This document shows, in pieces, positions 23,489 to 36,978 of a stretch of DNA of 64,000 nt. Location of the stretch: the NCBI GenBank assembly GCA_977018835.1, contig OZ361260.1, forward strand, positions 3,038,001 through 3,102,000, in the 5' to 3' direction. Source of the DNA: Minutocellus sp. GHC0000111. Lineage: Eukaryota. The notes beneath the pieces are model-generated. The model made no database searches. It saw only the letters and a program-made list of their open reading frames with translations, and was not told where the DNA came from. The position numbers were made by a program, and so were the translations under genes. Every line of letters begins with the position of its first letter. Position 1 is the first letter of the stretch.

Positions 23489-24348
23489 CTAGTCGGACTT
23501 GTTGTTGGTGGCGGCGTAGCACGCGTCGATCTGCTTCTGGAACTCGACGGCGCTGGACTCCCTCTCAAGTCTCTCCCGGCGAAGGTCCTCGGAGCACTTG
23601 CGTGCCTCGGCGGTGGACCGCTTGTCGGCCAGGCGGGCCTTCTCGCTCTCGGCCAGCTTGGTCTTGTACGTTTCGACCTCGGCCTGGAGGAAGCGAAGCT
23701 CCTGGCTGAGGTTGGTCTCGGTGAGGATGCGGAGGGAGCGCTCGTGGGAGTAGAGGGTGGCCAGGCCCAAGGTGGAGAGAACGAGGAGAGGAAGGAGAGG
23801 GTCACCAGGCGGGTGAGGATGATGGCCTTGCTCTTGGGAGGGGCGGTGGCGGAGGTATCAGCGGTCGCGGTGGCGGTGGCCTTGGGAGCTGGAGCGCCCA
23901 CCCCGGCGGCCTCGTCGTCTTCGGACTCCTCGGGGGCAGGGGCGGCGGCCTCCTTTTTGTCCCCCTTCTTGGCCTTGCGCTTCTCTGCCCACTCCTTGGC
24001 ACGTCGCTCGGCCTCGGCGCGCTTTTGGGCCTTGGTCTTCTTGGCGGCGGGAGAGGTGGCAGCGGTGGCAGCGTGGAAGGCGGCAGCTCCGGACTGACCT
24101 CCGCCGCCGGCAGGAGCAGGTGGGTCCGACGATGCGGCAGCACCTCCGAGGCCCGAGCCCCAGCGGAAGAAACCGCCGACTCCGCCTCCATTGGCAGCGG
24201 GTGCGGGGGCAGGCGCGGCGGCAGCGGCCGGAGGGGCGGCGACGTCCTCGGCCTCGGCGGCAGAAGTCTTCTGGGCCTTGTTCGGCGTCGTGCTCTTGCC
24301 GTCCGTCTTGCGGGTGCGCTTCCGCCCGGGGGAGGGAGAGGTTACCAT
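23489..24348 (-). CDS. Hypothetical Ala/Lys-rich protein with TM helix and C-terminal coiled coil (1-nt frameshift ~23785)
   Basis: High-GC3 coding bias; MVTSPSPGRKRTRK start; restoring one C joins LVTLSFLLLVLSTLGLATLY to the coiled-coil ORF 23489-23770. Confidence 0.65.
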
Positions 24349-24602
24349 GGTTGCGATACAAATGAAGCAAAAAATGGCCATGGCGAGCCTACCGCGCCAA
24401 AAGATGATGAGATGATGAGTGAGGATTTTTTATCAAAAGCCCAAGAGAGGGAACTTCCCTAACTCAAAATCCCCTCTATGTCCTTGTGCTCTTGCATGCG
24501 ATCTTTCCGCCTTTCAATCTCACAATTCGAGAGATGATAATGCAGAGAGAGAGAGAAGCGAACCATATCGTATAATATCCAATAGAAGGCTACCGACGCA
24601 GA

Positions 24603-26609
24603 ATGAACAGTAGTGGCAAGCAAACAATTCCAAGAGTCGTCAATTATGGCGCTACCGACGACGATGATGACGAACCATCCTTCGCTGATGGCGGCAAATC
24701 TCGTCGCAGATCCACAATGTCCAACATTCGGCAGTCCATGGTCAACATTGCCGAACAGACTCGAGAGGCCCTCCATTCTCACACCATGAGTTCCCTGGCA
24801 CTTTGCAGTTCCGTACTCTCCATGATGTACCTGCTCATGAGCGCGTTTCCCTATTCGGGATTCATGGCGATGCAGCTGATTCCAGGTCTTACGCATGAAT
24901 CAGCCGGTACATACGCCGGCATCCTATCTGGTTCCTTCATGATCGGCCGTCTCTTCTCCGCCTACCCGTGGGGAGTAATTAGTGATCGTTACGGACGCAA
25001 GTTTGTTCTCCTCTTCTCAACGGCAAGTAGTGCCATCCTAATGGTCGCCTTCGGCTTTTCCTATTCGTTTCCATACGCTGTCTGCGTCCGATTCTTCACA
25101 GGCATGTGCAATGGCACCATGATTGCAGCCAGGGTCAGTGTGGTGTGTGAAAGATGTAGCCGCTGTTTCTATGTTCGGCTATATTGCAACGTGGCTTTAC
25201 ATATATGCTCGGCTACATGACTGCATACTTCTATCTCATCTTTGTGGCTTTTCATCCCAATCATTGATTTGTTATTGCGGTAGACGGAATTGGCAAAGGG
25301 CAACCATGACCTCGAAGCACGTGGAATGGGATTGGTAATGAGCATGGTAGGGTTTGGTATGCTGATAGGTCCGGCGATCGGTGGTGTGCTGAGTGAGCCT
25401 GTTACTCAGCATCCAGATGTTGACTTTGGTGCCTTTGAGGGCGTGCTTCTTAAATTCCCATTCTTGTTACCAAACTTAATTGGAGCTCTATTGAGCGCCT
25501 TGGCGACAATGCAAATCATATTCTCAGTGGAAGAGACCTTGCCAGAAGACAAGTTACGCAGCCCAAAGCATTTTGTTCCAGATGCCATGCGATGGCTTGG
25601 AGGCCTTCCATCCAAGGCGTGGAAAAGTTTGACATCAGGGCGGAATTCTGAGAATGAAAGCGGTGGCGAGTATGATGCAGTTGATACTACTGATGATGAA
25701 GACAGCGAAAGTGCAAGTATTGCAGAAGATTTGAAAATCATCGAAAGTCATCACTTTGGAGAAGTGGGCGATGCGGTGGCCATGTCCACCCGATCATCCA
25801 GAGCTTCGTTCAGTGCTGCGCTCCATCGGCCTTCGAGAGCACGATCATCCCTGCTCAGCACGCTTGCTACCTTGGAAGAAGGCGCGAAAAAGTCCTTCCG
25901 AGACAGTGTCAAAAGCAGCGGCGATGAAACCCATGCATCAGCAAATATCTCTTCGCTCATGGCCAATGAGAGAGTACGCGAGTGCCTTACATCGTATTGG
26001 TGCATGACTTTTGCCAGTACAGCTGCAGGGGAAGTCTTCCCTCTCTTCGCGATGGCAAGAAGTCCTGGTGGTCTAGGAGTGGAGGAAACAGCCATCGGTG
26101 TCATAGGCGCTGGTTCTGGCCTTCTCTTTTGCGTTTGTCAGTACTTTATATTTGCTGCCTCCATGAAACGACTTGGTTTGCGCAAAACCATGGTGTACTC
26201 GGGCTTTCTATCTGTCACCCCTGCAATTTTTATTCCTCTGTCGCTGCTCTTCAATACGAAGGCCGGCGTTATGACGTACCTATCGATATTGAATGGAATC
26301 ATGCTAATCTTCTTCTCGAACTGGAATGCAGCTTTAACAATTACACAGAATAGGGCCGTAGATCCTTCAGAAAGAGCAAAGCTTAACGGCTTAGCGGCTG
26401 TGGGAGCAAGTGTTGGTAGAGGCGGAGGGCCATTGTTTGCAGGTATTCTCGTGACACTTTCGTATACGAGCGGAATTGTTCCTACGGCTTTCGGGTCCAT
26501 TCTAATTTACTTCGTGATTTCAGCAATGGGCTTTGGCGCCTTCGTTCTCACATCCAAGCTTGAGGACGATGAGGTCATAACGGAAGATGGTAGTGCTCAG
26601 GAAAAGTAA
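24603..26609 (+). CDS. MFS transporter (ZIFL/DHA1-like)
   Basis: WGVISDRYGRKFV motif A, IGPAIGGVLSEP, ~12 TM helices; one intron ~25143-25282. Confidence 0.92.
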
Positions 26610-28055
26610 TTAAGAACTCCATTTTTGTCCACCTTCAAGCTGATACAACCCTGCAGGATTTCCCTCTTGGACGGGCCTTGCCCATTTCAATTTTACCCCA
26701 CGTTCAAAAGCCTTCATTTCCGCAGTTCTACGCAAATGTAGACTATGCTGGTAGCTTCCAGGCTCTGCTGTTGCATCTCCTTGGTCCTTATGGACTGACA
26801 CGATGTCGGCAAATGTAGATTTGTCATTCTCATCATTATTATTTGTCACGCGAAATGCGACTCGTAGGGCACAGAAAGTGATATCAAATGTTGTTGAATT
26901 TGCATTTCCCCGACCTTCATGAATCGAACGAGGATCCTGGCTAACAATCTCTGCAATTGCTTGAATTACCTCATCGTCAGTGTTCGACTCTTGAGATCGT
27001 TTTCTAGCTCTTTTCGACAGAGGAGGATAAAGTGGCATCAATTCTCCATCTTGTCGAGCGTCCAGGGCAGCTATCTTGGCATCAGGCGACCACCGAACTT
27101 CTGATAGCTGGTCATCTTTCTCAACCCACGCAGGCACATGCAGTGTTTCTCCGATAGCATCCCACGGAACATACGGCTTGAGGTCGTAAACAGGAGTTTG
27201 GTCGACGAGATCAAGTCCCAAGAGGCGAATCACAACCCGCCTTCGTTTCTTGCCGCTGCCACTTTCATATGGTTCTGTTCTAATATCCTCGATGCAAGCA
27301 AGAGATAAACCAATCTCGTTTGGTCTGTGTGGTGATCGCGTTGCAAGACAGCCTGTCTTTGTACCACCGGCACGCGGAGGCCGGATTTTTGTTGGGAATG
27401 CCGGTCGATGAGAGCTGCAGATGCAATCCCGACCACACTGAGGACAACCCGTCGAGTCGCTGCCATTCACATCGCCAACACTCGATTGGGTCAGTGCCCG
27501 TCGAGCCCTTGCGTCTTTTCCTTTGCCAATGGGATTCAAATGGAAGCGCTGTTTCGTAAAGAAAGAATTCCAGAATTCAACGAATCAAATTAGAATCAAA
27601 GGTAACCACGACATAATCCAATGCGCCCCAGCTCTAGTCGTATATAATTTACTGACGAAAACGACCCAAACATGACTGTACTCCTTCAATCCATCAACAA
27701 CGTCGAAGGGCATGTCCTCTTCCAGTATGAGGAGAGATCGAGCATGTGGGGCAAGCAGGCCCTGTCGAGGAGTTCCCGCTCTCTGCGGAAAAGGACTTCT
27801 GATTGTACCAATGGGATGTATCAATACCGGCTCAGATCGGTTTGTGGGCCTTTCTCTCTTCGGTGCGCTGCTGTTCTCGATAATATTTCTTTTGCCAGCA
27901 TTGTCGCTACTAGTACATGTAATTTGCTCATTCTTGTGACGGCGAAGGAGATCAAGCTCCCGGCGAAGATGCCAGGCATATCCCAGCGAAATCAATGCAC
28001 CAGCAAATGCGACTACTGCGGCACCGACGAGCGGCGTCCCATTCTTGCTGTCCAT
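26610..28055 (-). CDS. TRMO: tRNA (m6t6A37) methyltransferase TrmO/TsaA-like
   Basis: PIGTIRSPF..RAGTPRQG, YSHVWVVF, ATRSPHRPNEIGLS, DLVDQTPVYDLKPYVP; intron 27549-27656. Confidence 0.92.
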
Positions 28056-28477
28056 TGGAGATATCACCTAATCCAATTGGTATGGGGTACTCGCGCCCAT
28101 CCGGCCTCCTGCAGTCCTGCAGCCATCCATTTTCCTGCCCAGCTACCGTGTCATTGGTACTTGTGCGTAACGATAACGCTCCACTCGCAAAACTGGCGTT
28201 TGGCGCACCCGCCACTGCCGAGATCATTCGTATCAAAAGAATGAGTCGGGGCTCGTCTGGTCTCCCTTTTAGCTTTCAGCTCGAGGCAAGAGTATCCCCT
28301 GTTGCGTTTTAACTTGCTTTGATTGGCGCACTGGATTGTCTCTTTTTGCGGACATATTCTTGTGCTGGATCCATAAGATTGTAGCACGGAACTTCGAACC
28401 GAAAGACATTAATATAGAAGACCTGCTCTTCTGTCCTCTCAACAGTCCCGCCGATCAACTCCAACAACGAATCAACA

Positions 28478-30893
28478 ATGCGACGCCCCAATAATACATC
28501 TACAGCGCTACTCCTGGCGCTTGCGTTGTCCCCCTCTTTATGCAACCTGGCATCGGCGCAGGCACAGCCCACCGGAGGAACTGATCTGGGTGGCGGCATC
28601 GTAACGCAGACGAACGTGGAGCACTTTGCCAAGATCTCGCTCGATGCCGAGGAGATGTTCACCCTCACCCAGTCCAATTCGTACAACGATGCATCCAACA
28701 TATACCTGGCCGGCAACAACTCCATCCAGTACGACCGGAATGGCAATGCTCTTCCCACCAAACGCAGCCTTTCGTCGCTGTCCACCGGCGCTTCCGACGG
28801 CAAGTTCGATGGGGAGGTCCCGTTTGTCTTTCAGATGTATGGGCTGGCGGGCGGTGCTGGCCACACATATGAGACCTATGAAAGCTTCGCTACGTATGCC
28901 GATGCTTTTGTCAACGATTCCCTCAAGGAACAGAAGGGTGCGCTGGGACCAGAAGCGGCGGTCGCACTCAACGTTTGGATGTATGCCGCTCACGTTCTCA
29001 CCATTGCCGTGGAAGATTGCGCATTGGAATCGTCCGGGGTCAATCTGGACATTATTGGGCGCGACGAAGCCCTCGGTGGCAGCGAGGATGCACTTGACAT
29101 TTTCATATCATTTTGGATTGGATACAACCAAGCTCCTGGAAGTGACGATGGAAGCTCTCCTTATGCCATGGCCGAGCGTGCCGCTACCCTCTTCGGCACT
29201 TCCGGTCCTAATGGCGAAGCCAAGGCCAATGTTGCAATCAAAGCACTCTTTAATGAAGCGCAGCAAATCCTGTCCTTCCCTAATGCCTGCCGTCCTGGAT
29301 CTGATACCGTTGGTCAGCTTTGGGGCATCCTCCATCGCACCGTCAGTCAGATGCAGGTCCCTCTTGTTCAGCAGCTGATTGATGCTCTGGTCCGCGAGGA
29401 CCAAGACCGCATCAGCCTGTATGCCAAGGCCGTCGTCCCACAAATGTCCAGTTGCGCTGCATCAACGTATCGTCGTCTGAAGGAGAACTTGCTAGATCGT
29501 ACCTATGATCCCACCAAGTTTGTAGATGTTCTTGGAGACTTACAATCAAGCTATGACTGCCTCGGCTTTAGTTGTGACGACATCGGCGCCTACAAGACGG
29601 ACCGAGTGGCGCAGTGTGCTGAGTTGCCAATCAATTTCCCTATGGCTGAATACAGTCCAACTAGTCATGTTCATTTGGTGAGTTGCTGAAGAATTCAAGA
29701 GCTTCATGAAATGTGTTGCTGTGCATTTTAGAATTTTATCAACAGATTTCTCACTTTTATTTCCACCACGACCTCTTCATGGTTTGTTTTGGCTTTGGCT
29801 TCAGCATTCAAAAATCGATCTGGATGTTAATGCAATCAAGGCTTTGTTGAGTTTCGACAGTGACGAATCCTGGGCCGCAGCGAAGGATATTTACATGTAT
29901 GGCAAAATTTCGGAAATCTACCGTAAATCTCCTGAAAGCGATCCGTACACGGTCCGTTCCCTGCAAAGTCTGGCAACGTCAGCTCTCCGAAAGAAATCCC
30001 CTTGGTACAAACTGTTTGAAGAATATCACCAAGATCCAAACTATGCTGATAAGATTATCATGGATGTCTTTGAGGGACGAGGGAAATGGGGCAATGCCGC
30101 CCGAGAACAGAGAGCAGAGATGCTAACAAAGACCATCCAATACCAGGTTCTTTACATGTACCTGCTCGCCGAGGCAGCTGATGCTGAAGCCGATTGCCGA
30201 TCCGGAGACAAGAATGATAATATCGGTGGAGCACATTCCTGGGACGAGGTCGCTGCTTTCTACATTGGCTCTCTTGAGGGCACTACTCGAGGCGGATCAA
30301 ATGACTTTTCCGATGGACAGCTTCAATGGAATCTCGCCAACAAGCGCTCGACTCAGTTCAACACCCAAGTTCCTGACGGATATGCGTTGGTCAATTCGGA
30401 GATTGAAGATGATCTCTATGCCGGTAAGGGCGAGTTGGATGCCTACGCCTGTGATAGCCTGTCCAAGACGATCAAACGTATTGAACGCAATTCGATCGTG
30501 CCCATGATTCAAAGCGTTATTCGATACGCCCTCAAGGTGGAGGATTTATCGTACAGCTCAAGCAGCAAGGATATTGCCGAGGCAGAAGCTTTTGCAATGG
30601 CAATACTGCCCATTGTAAAATCGGTGGATAAGCCCGGCGCAATAGTTTTGGAGAACAACATGATCATTCAGGAAGGAGTCCAACCAGTATCCGAAGGAGC
30701 GCAACGAGTTGCAGACGCCTTTTACAAGACCATGGTAGAATTTGAGCTGGAATGTGAACTTGTGGGCCAGGCCGATGGCGTAGGAGCCTGTGAAATGTTT
30801 AGAAAGATGTCCAGTCCGGCCAGCTCCATGTGGTCGTCAGCAGCACCCTTGCTTTCCATTATGCTTGCTGGAGCCCTATCTGCGCTGCTCTGA
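28478..30893 (+). CDS. FEA1/low-iron-inducible periplasmic (ISIP2/phytotransferrin-like) two-repeat surface protein
   Basis: Signal peptide; two repeats starting H[FS].KI.LD..A..IY..G; WDEVAAFYIGSLEG; C-terminal hydrophobic tail; intron 29678-29804. Confidence 0.75.
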
Positions 30894-31042
30894 TGATGCT
30901 TTCTTACATGTAAAAGGCATGCATTTTTTTGATCTTCTAGCTACCGGTAGATCTACCAGTAGGATTCCGACTACACTGTAGCTAGATGATACATAGATCT
31001 ACCTTGTCTATTGGCGTGATAAAATAGTAGACATGTATGGTA

Positions 31043-31484
31043 CCCTGATTATCATAGAAACCTATGACCGTTTTGAAAACCTATGCCCTCATTTTGAGCC
31101 AGCTCAAAACCTATGCTCTCATTTTGGGGGAAACCTACATGTAAACCTATGCCCCATGCAATTGGTGCAGTTGTCTGTTCTCTACGATGAAGAGTTTGTT
31201 GAGTCAAAATGTAGACGGGAAGCGTGGATTCATAGAAGATCTTAACTGTGAGGAATGCGAAGGAAAAGATCTCGAGGAAGAGAGGGAAGATGAGTAGTCT
31301 AGGTGCATTGCAAGATTGATTGGCATCAGTGCTGGTGCCGGTAAGGTAGATCTAGTAAAAACCTGTGCCGAATAGAAAATCTATGCCAATTAGAAAACCT
31401 ATGCCTTCATTTTAGCCTTAGGGCAAAACCTATGCCTTCGTCAGACCTCAAATCTATGGCATAGGTTTTCTATGATAATCAGGG
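31043..31484. mobile_element. MITE (442 bp) with ~24-bp TIRs and TA target duplication
   Basis: TA|ccctgattatcatagaaacctatg ... cataggttttctatgataatcaggg|TA; about 9 internal aaaacctatgc-type subterminal repeats; no coding capacity. Confidence 0.92.
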
Positions 31485-31819
31485 TACTGGTAGGGGTTTG
31501 TACTGGTGCAGACTTGAATCATCGAATCGAATGATGAATCATCGAATGGAATGAATCGGCCAGCACTCTCAGGAGAGACGACTCACTCGACTTTATCGTA
31601 TTCCACCTTTCCCCCTTTGTTTTCATAAAAGGGTGACTGACGTGTCGGCGTTTTTTCCTCCGTGCTGATGGCGCCACCGCTCCGCCACGCGGAGATCTCC
31701 TGGTGAGATGACGCACGACTTTTGTTCTTCGCCGTGCTTTTTTGCGCGCAACCCTCCCTCCGATCTTATCACAATCTAAGCAATTGATAGTCCAACTCAA
31801 CCCCCAAACCCAAATAAAA

Positions 31820-33648
31820 ATGAAGTTCGTCAACTCCGCCCTCTTCTTCCTTGCCGCCGCCTCCACGGCCACCGCCTTCGTCCCTGCTCGTAAGTCTCAT
31901 TTTTCTTCCTGATGGCATTTGCATTGGAGTCGACCAAATTAAATTGCTCGAATCTTTCCGTGGCACATCCATCTTCCATCGATTGGAGGGTTGTGGCCAT
32001 CTGATTGCATGGATGGAAGTATCGCGTCCTCCCTTTGTATTCAGAGGGGCATAGATAGCACGGGCATGTACCGCAGAGCTCGTATCATTTCCAATGCGCC
32101 AATTGCAATTGATCTCACGCAATCATCCTCTATCCTTCGTTTTCTTTGCAAATTGACTCACTCCAATTATCGAACAATTAATTTATCGGCGCACCTGTCA
32201 TCAATATGTATCTGCCCGACTCCATCTAATTCGTATCGCCCTCAATCTTCATATGCTTATTTGACCGATCTTGTCACCACAACTAATACGCTTGCCCCTG
32301 AATTGTTCTACAATTGGTCAATTGCATTTCATTTATCTGCGGCTCCGTTGCATTGCAACCCATGACTCTGTACACTTACCACATTATATGAACTACAGCC
32401 CAGGTTGGCGTCCGCGCTCCCGTCGCTCCCTCCAACTTCGAGCTCGAGGCCAAGAAGTCCATCGAGGACCTCTCCGACGATGAGCTCAAGGGCAAGAAGG
32501 TCCTTGTCCGTTGCGACGTCAACGTCCCCCTTGACGGCAAGAAGATCACCGATGACACCCGCATCCGTGCCTCCATCCCCACCATCGAGTACCTCAAGTC
32601 CAAGGGCGCCATCGTCACCGTCTGCTCCCACTTGGGCCGCCCCGACGGTCCCGAGGACAAGTTCTCCCTCGGCCCCGCCGCCGAGCGCATGGGAGAGCTC
32701 CTCGGCGAGGACGTCAAGCTCGCCCCCGACTGCATCGGTGACGAGGTCAAGGCCATGGTCGACGGCGCCAAGGAGGGAGATGTCCTCATGCTCGAGAACA
32801 CCCGCTTCTACAAGGAGGAGACCAAGAACGAGGAGTCCTTCGTCGAGAAGCTCGCCGCTCCCTTCGACCTCTTCGTCAACGATGCCTTCGGTACCGCCCA
32901 CCGTGCCCACGCCTCCACCGAGGGTGTGACCAAGTTCCTCTCCCCCGCCGTCTCCGGCTACCTCCTCGCCAAGGAGCTCGAGTACCTCGATGGTGCCATC
33001 ACCAGCGGGGAGAAGCCCATGGCCGCCATCGTCGGTGGATCCAAGGTCTCCTCCAAGATCACCGTCCTTGAGGCCCTCCTCGAGAAGTGCGACAAGATCA
33101 TCATCGGCGGAGGCATGGTTTTCACCTTCCTCAAGGCCAAGGGCCTCAACGTTGGTACCTCCCTTGTTGAGGACGACTTCGTTGACACCGCCAAGGCTGT
33201 CATGGAGAAGGCCGAGAAGCTTGGCAAGACCATCCTCCTCCCCTCCGAAATCATTATCGCTGACGAGTTCTCTGCCGATGCCAACACCCAGACCGTCTCC
33301 GCCGATGCCATCCCCGATGGCTGGATGGGCCTTGACAACGGTCCCAATACCACCGAGGAGCAGAAGGAGTACCTCTCCGACTGCAAGACCGTCATCATGA
33401 ACGGACCCATGGGCGTCTTCGAGATCGAGAAGTTCGCCAAGGGAACCTTCGGCATCGTTGACATCCTTGCCGACCTCACCAAGGAGAAGGGTGCCGTCAC
33501 CATCATCGGTGGTGGTGACTCCGTCGCCGCCTGCGAGCAGTCCGGCCGTGCCGGTGATATGTCCCACATCTCCACCGGTGGCGGAGCCTCCCTCGAGCTC
33601 ATGGAGGGCAAGGTCCTCCCCGGTGTTGCTGCCCTCGCTGACAAGTAA
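31820..33648 (+). CDS. PGK: Phosphoglycerate kinase, plastid-targeted
   Basis: Exon 1 [20 protein letters not shown]; intron 31890-32398; [34 protein letters not shown]. Confidence 0.97.
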
Positions 33649-34250
33649 ATTTCTTCCCCGCCGATAACGCTACAACTACCAATATTTTTATTTTACTTAA
33701 GAAGTTCTTCCTCGAAGGTGCTTTGTTTTTTGGTCGATTGGGTTGGGTTGTCTGATCGTTCGAAAGCTCTGCGATGAAACCTCTGAAGGAAGCCTTTGAC
33801 CTTTTGTTCAGTTACTGAGTTGCTGTCCAATATTATTTGCTTAGATTTATATAAACTTAAATCACACCCACACTACTCAAACAACAACTCATGATGGAAG
33901 AAACTACGTGTAAAAATGTACTTACAGCATAGACATAACTTTGTTGGCAGTGTACTAGTATGCTTCCGAAGCATCGAAAATGGTACGAGAAATTCTTCGG
34001 CGCTTCGATATCCAGGCAGTCAATTGTAGAAGTACTAGTAGATGTAGTTGGGGGTCTACGGGTAGGAAATAAAATCTTCAAACAAATATTACACTTATAC
34101 ATTACTAACGCGCATTATATGACATGATATTGCCTTTTCTTTGTTTGCTTTGCATCTGGTTTTTCGTACTAGTCTAGTATGACTTCAATAAATATGCTGT
34201 AGTCCGACCTCATCCTCTCTCTTATGAAATGAATGAGGTGAGGTGACTGA

Positions 34251-36271
34251 CTATCGCTTGCATTCCGTACAGCAAGTGCACTCTAGTTGAGGATTTGGTC
34301 CACGGCAGTCAGAGATCAACGATCGGATGAAACCATCACCAATCGGAGGTACGCGATTATCGCATATTTGCTGTGGCATCGTGCCAGTGAGATCGGCGTA
34401 CTCGAAGCCACCAACAATGAGAAGATCAAGATTTCCAAGCTCGGTCGGAATAGTTCCCCGAAGGGGATTGCCTCCGACTTGTAAGAAGCGCAGTGTTGTC
34501 ATCTCGCCTAATCGTGGCGACAGGGTTCCAGTGAGGGTAATATTGTTGAGGTCAAATTGCAATAGCTCTCTCAAATCAAAGAAGGTGCTTGGGATGGTAC
34601 CAGAAATTTCGTTGAAATCGACATCAAAGACCAAAAGCCTCTCCATCTTTCCATACTCCTCAGGAATAGGACCCGACAGACGCCCTCTCTCCGTGTAAAA
34701 GAAGCGAAGATCCGATAGCTCACTCACTTCCACTGGCAACGCCCCAATGAGGTTATTGCTCTCAAATTCGATCCTATCCAAACACAAATCGTTAGCGTTG
34801 CACTCCAAACCTCCCCAGAAACACTCACTGACGGGCGTCAGCCAAGCATCGGTACCACTAATGCGAGGGAAAATGTCGGTGCCGAGAGGGGGCGGAGTAA
34901 GGCCCAAATTGCACGCATCATTGGCTTCTTGGATGCTCGCTGGGTCGGACAGATCATCAGGCGCAGAACACTGCACCCAATTGGGTCCATTGGTCGAGAA
35001 GTAGAACACAGCCGCGACATATCTCTGAAGAGACTTTGCATCCTGCGGGCAGACGTAGAGAGCATCTTCGTCAATGAGCCACTCGAGAGCATTGTATTGA
35101 GGAGTGCCCGGAGTGATTGGTGCCGTTGGTCCAGAAACACGAATTGCCTGGAGTGTGAGCTGTTCCCTTCGTTCCACAGGAGTCAAATTACATCGCAGTG
35201 TGGGGTTGAACGTAGGTGTAGCGGTAGGAGACGCCGTGGTTGGGACAGGGGTGGGCCCCGGCGTCGGAACGGGGGTCGGTGCTGGTGTGGGATTTGGCGT
35301 CGGTGGGGGCGTCGGTGGGACAGGGGTGGGCGGGACGGGCGTAGGCGGTGCCGCTGTGGGCGGAACTGGCGTCGGGGGCACTGCGAGAGGAGCAATGCCA
35401 AGAAGTGAAGAACAAGATACACGATGAGAAATGTGGCGAGAATAATGAAAAAAATAAACAAAAGATTTTCTGCTGTGATTATCGTTGACTTACCTGGCGT
35501 GGGAGGCACCGCCGTTGGAGGAACAGGAGTGGGTGGGACTGGAGTGGGTGCCTTTGTCGGGCTTGGTGTTGGGCCAGGAGTCGGTGCCTTGGTGGGTGCC
35601 TTCGTCGGTGCAGGCGTAGGAGGCTTTGTAGCGGAAGCTGTAATGGAAATGGTCACCACGGCACTGTCGGTAGCACCAGATGTGTCGGCAATAGTGTACG
35701 TGAAGGAATCCGTGGCAGTCTCGCCGTTTTGGAGGGAATCGTATTGACCATTGGGATCGTATGTGTAGTCTCCCTTGTTGTTGATGGTCAGGATCGCACC
35801 AGAACCGAGCGTCACGGTAGTCTCACGTCGTACAGGCTTTCCATCTACACGGAACACGGCGATGTCGTCTCCATCGGGATCGGAATCGTTGGCCAAGACA
35901 TTGCCACTGACGGTGGCATCGTCCCTGGTTGTAGCCGTGACGTCGTTGGCGACGGGGGGCTGATTGGGGATGGACCCACCAACCTGCTGCAGCATGCGTG
36001 CCCAGAATTCTTCATCGGCCTCATCAATCACATCGCTATCATTTTCGTACATCTGCTGGCCCATCAGCTTCATTGCCTTGGCTCCCAACCGCCGTCTCCT
36101 CCGGTCCGGGCCTTTGTTTTTGTTCCTTTTGCTATCTATCTTTGCTGTTGCTGCCTCCTCGGATGCCACTTGCTGTGTTGCGGCAGATACCGACGATATG
36201 CAACCACCGGACAGGGCCCAAAGCCCCAAAGACAAGGCAATCAATCGATGGTGTCGCTGTAATTGCATCAT
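34251..36271 (-). CDS. Secreted LRR protein with cadherin-like/bacterial Ig-like domain and Pro-rich linker
   Basis: Signal peptide; PPVANDV...GNVLANDSDPDGD...DSFTYTI; PTP repeats; PQ..AL.WL..ED..QRY cap; LRRs; DC..ECTCCTEC end; intron ~35383-35493. Confidence 0.88.
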
Positions 36272-36978
36272 TGCTGTACGATAATTTGATCGGCGGACGA
36301 AGCTATGCTGAACTGTCAATCACCTGTCAGATGTTGATTCCTACTTTTCGAAGCACGGCAACAAATAGACACACAATGCGTGTGATGTGCTTGTATGCTC
36401 TATTCGTCCAATTGCTGAAAGATCACCACAAAAGTCTCGCCGCAAAGGTCGAATCATACCGCACCGATGATTAAAGGAATTCCTCTCAGCTACGCAGCGA
36501 TCGACCGGTCTCTTGATGCGAGAAAGGCTTGAATCGAGGGACGTGTCAACACAAATACAACACAACAGACCAATCTTCCAATCCGTCTCGTTCTCTTGAA
36601 AATATCTTGGCGACTCTCACTCGGCCCCGTGACTTTGTTTGCCAGTCGTCGTCGTCGTCTCTCGCAAAAAAATTCGAACCTTGGCGATCGGTTCGGTACT
36701 TGCTGATTCTTGTAGCACAAGTGGACTTGTTCGACCGTATTCTCCATCGGCATTTGGTCACTCCCAAGCCTTCGACGCGCGAGCCTGCCGGCCAACGTTG
36801 CGCCAGACGACTGGCAGGCACGACGTCACCGGTTCCACCTTCACTTTTCTCGCTGTCATTGCCGACCGCCTCGATCCACGCCACGGCCGCATTATTATAG
36901 CATTGATACGCTTGCTTGGGAACTGAAAGCCAGTGTTGCGCATACATATCGCAACCGTTTCCACTTATATATAGAGTT

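Noticed and set aside
31058..31465. aaaacctatgc repeats as a CRISPR-like array
   Set aside because: Short, irregularly spaced, inside TIRs with a TA duplication; eukaryotic context and no cas genes
32329..33644. Long antisense ORFs over PGK (412 and 228 aa)
   Set aside because: Shadow of strong GC3 codon bias on the sense gene; no recognisable protein
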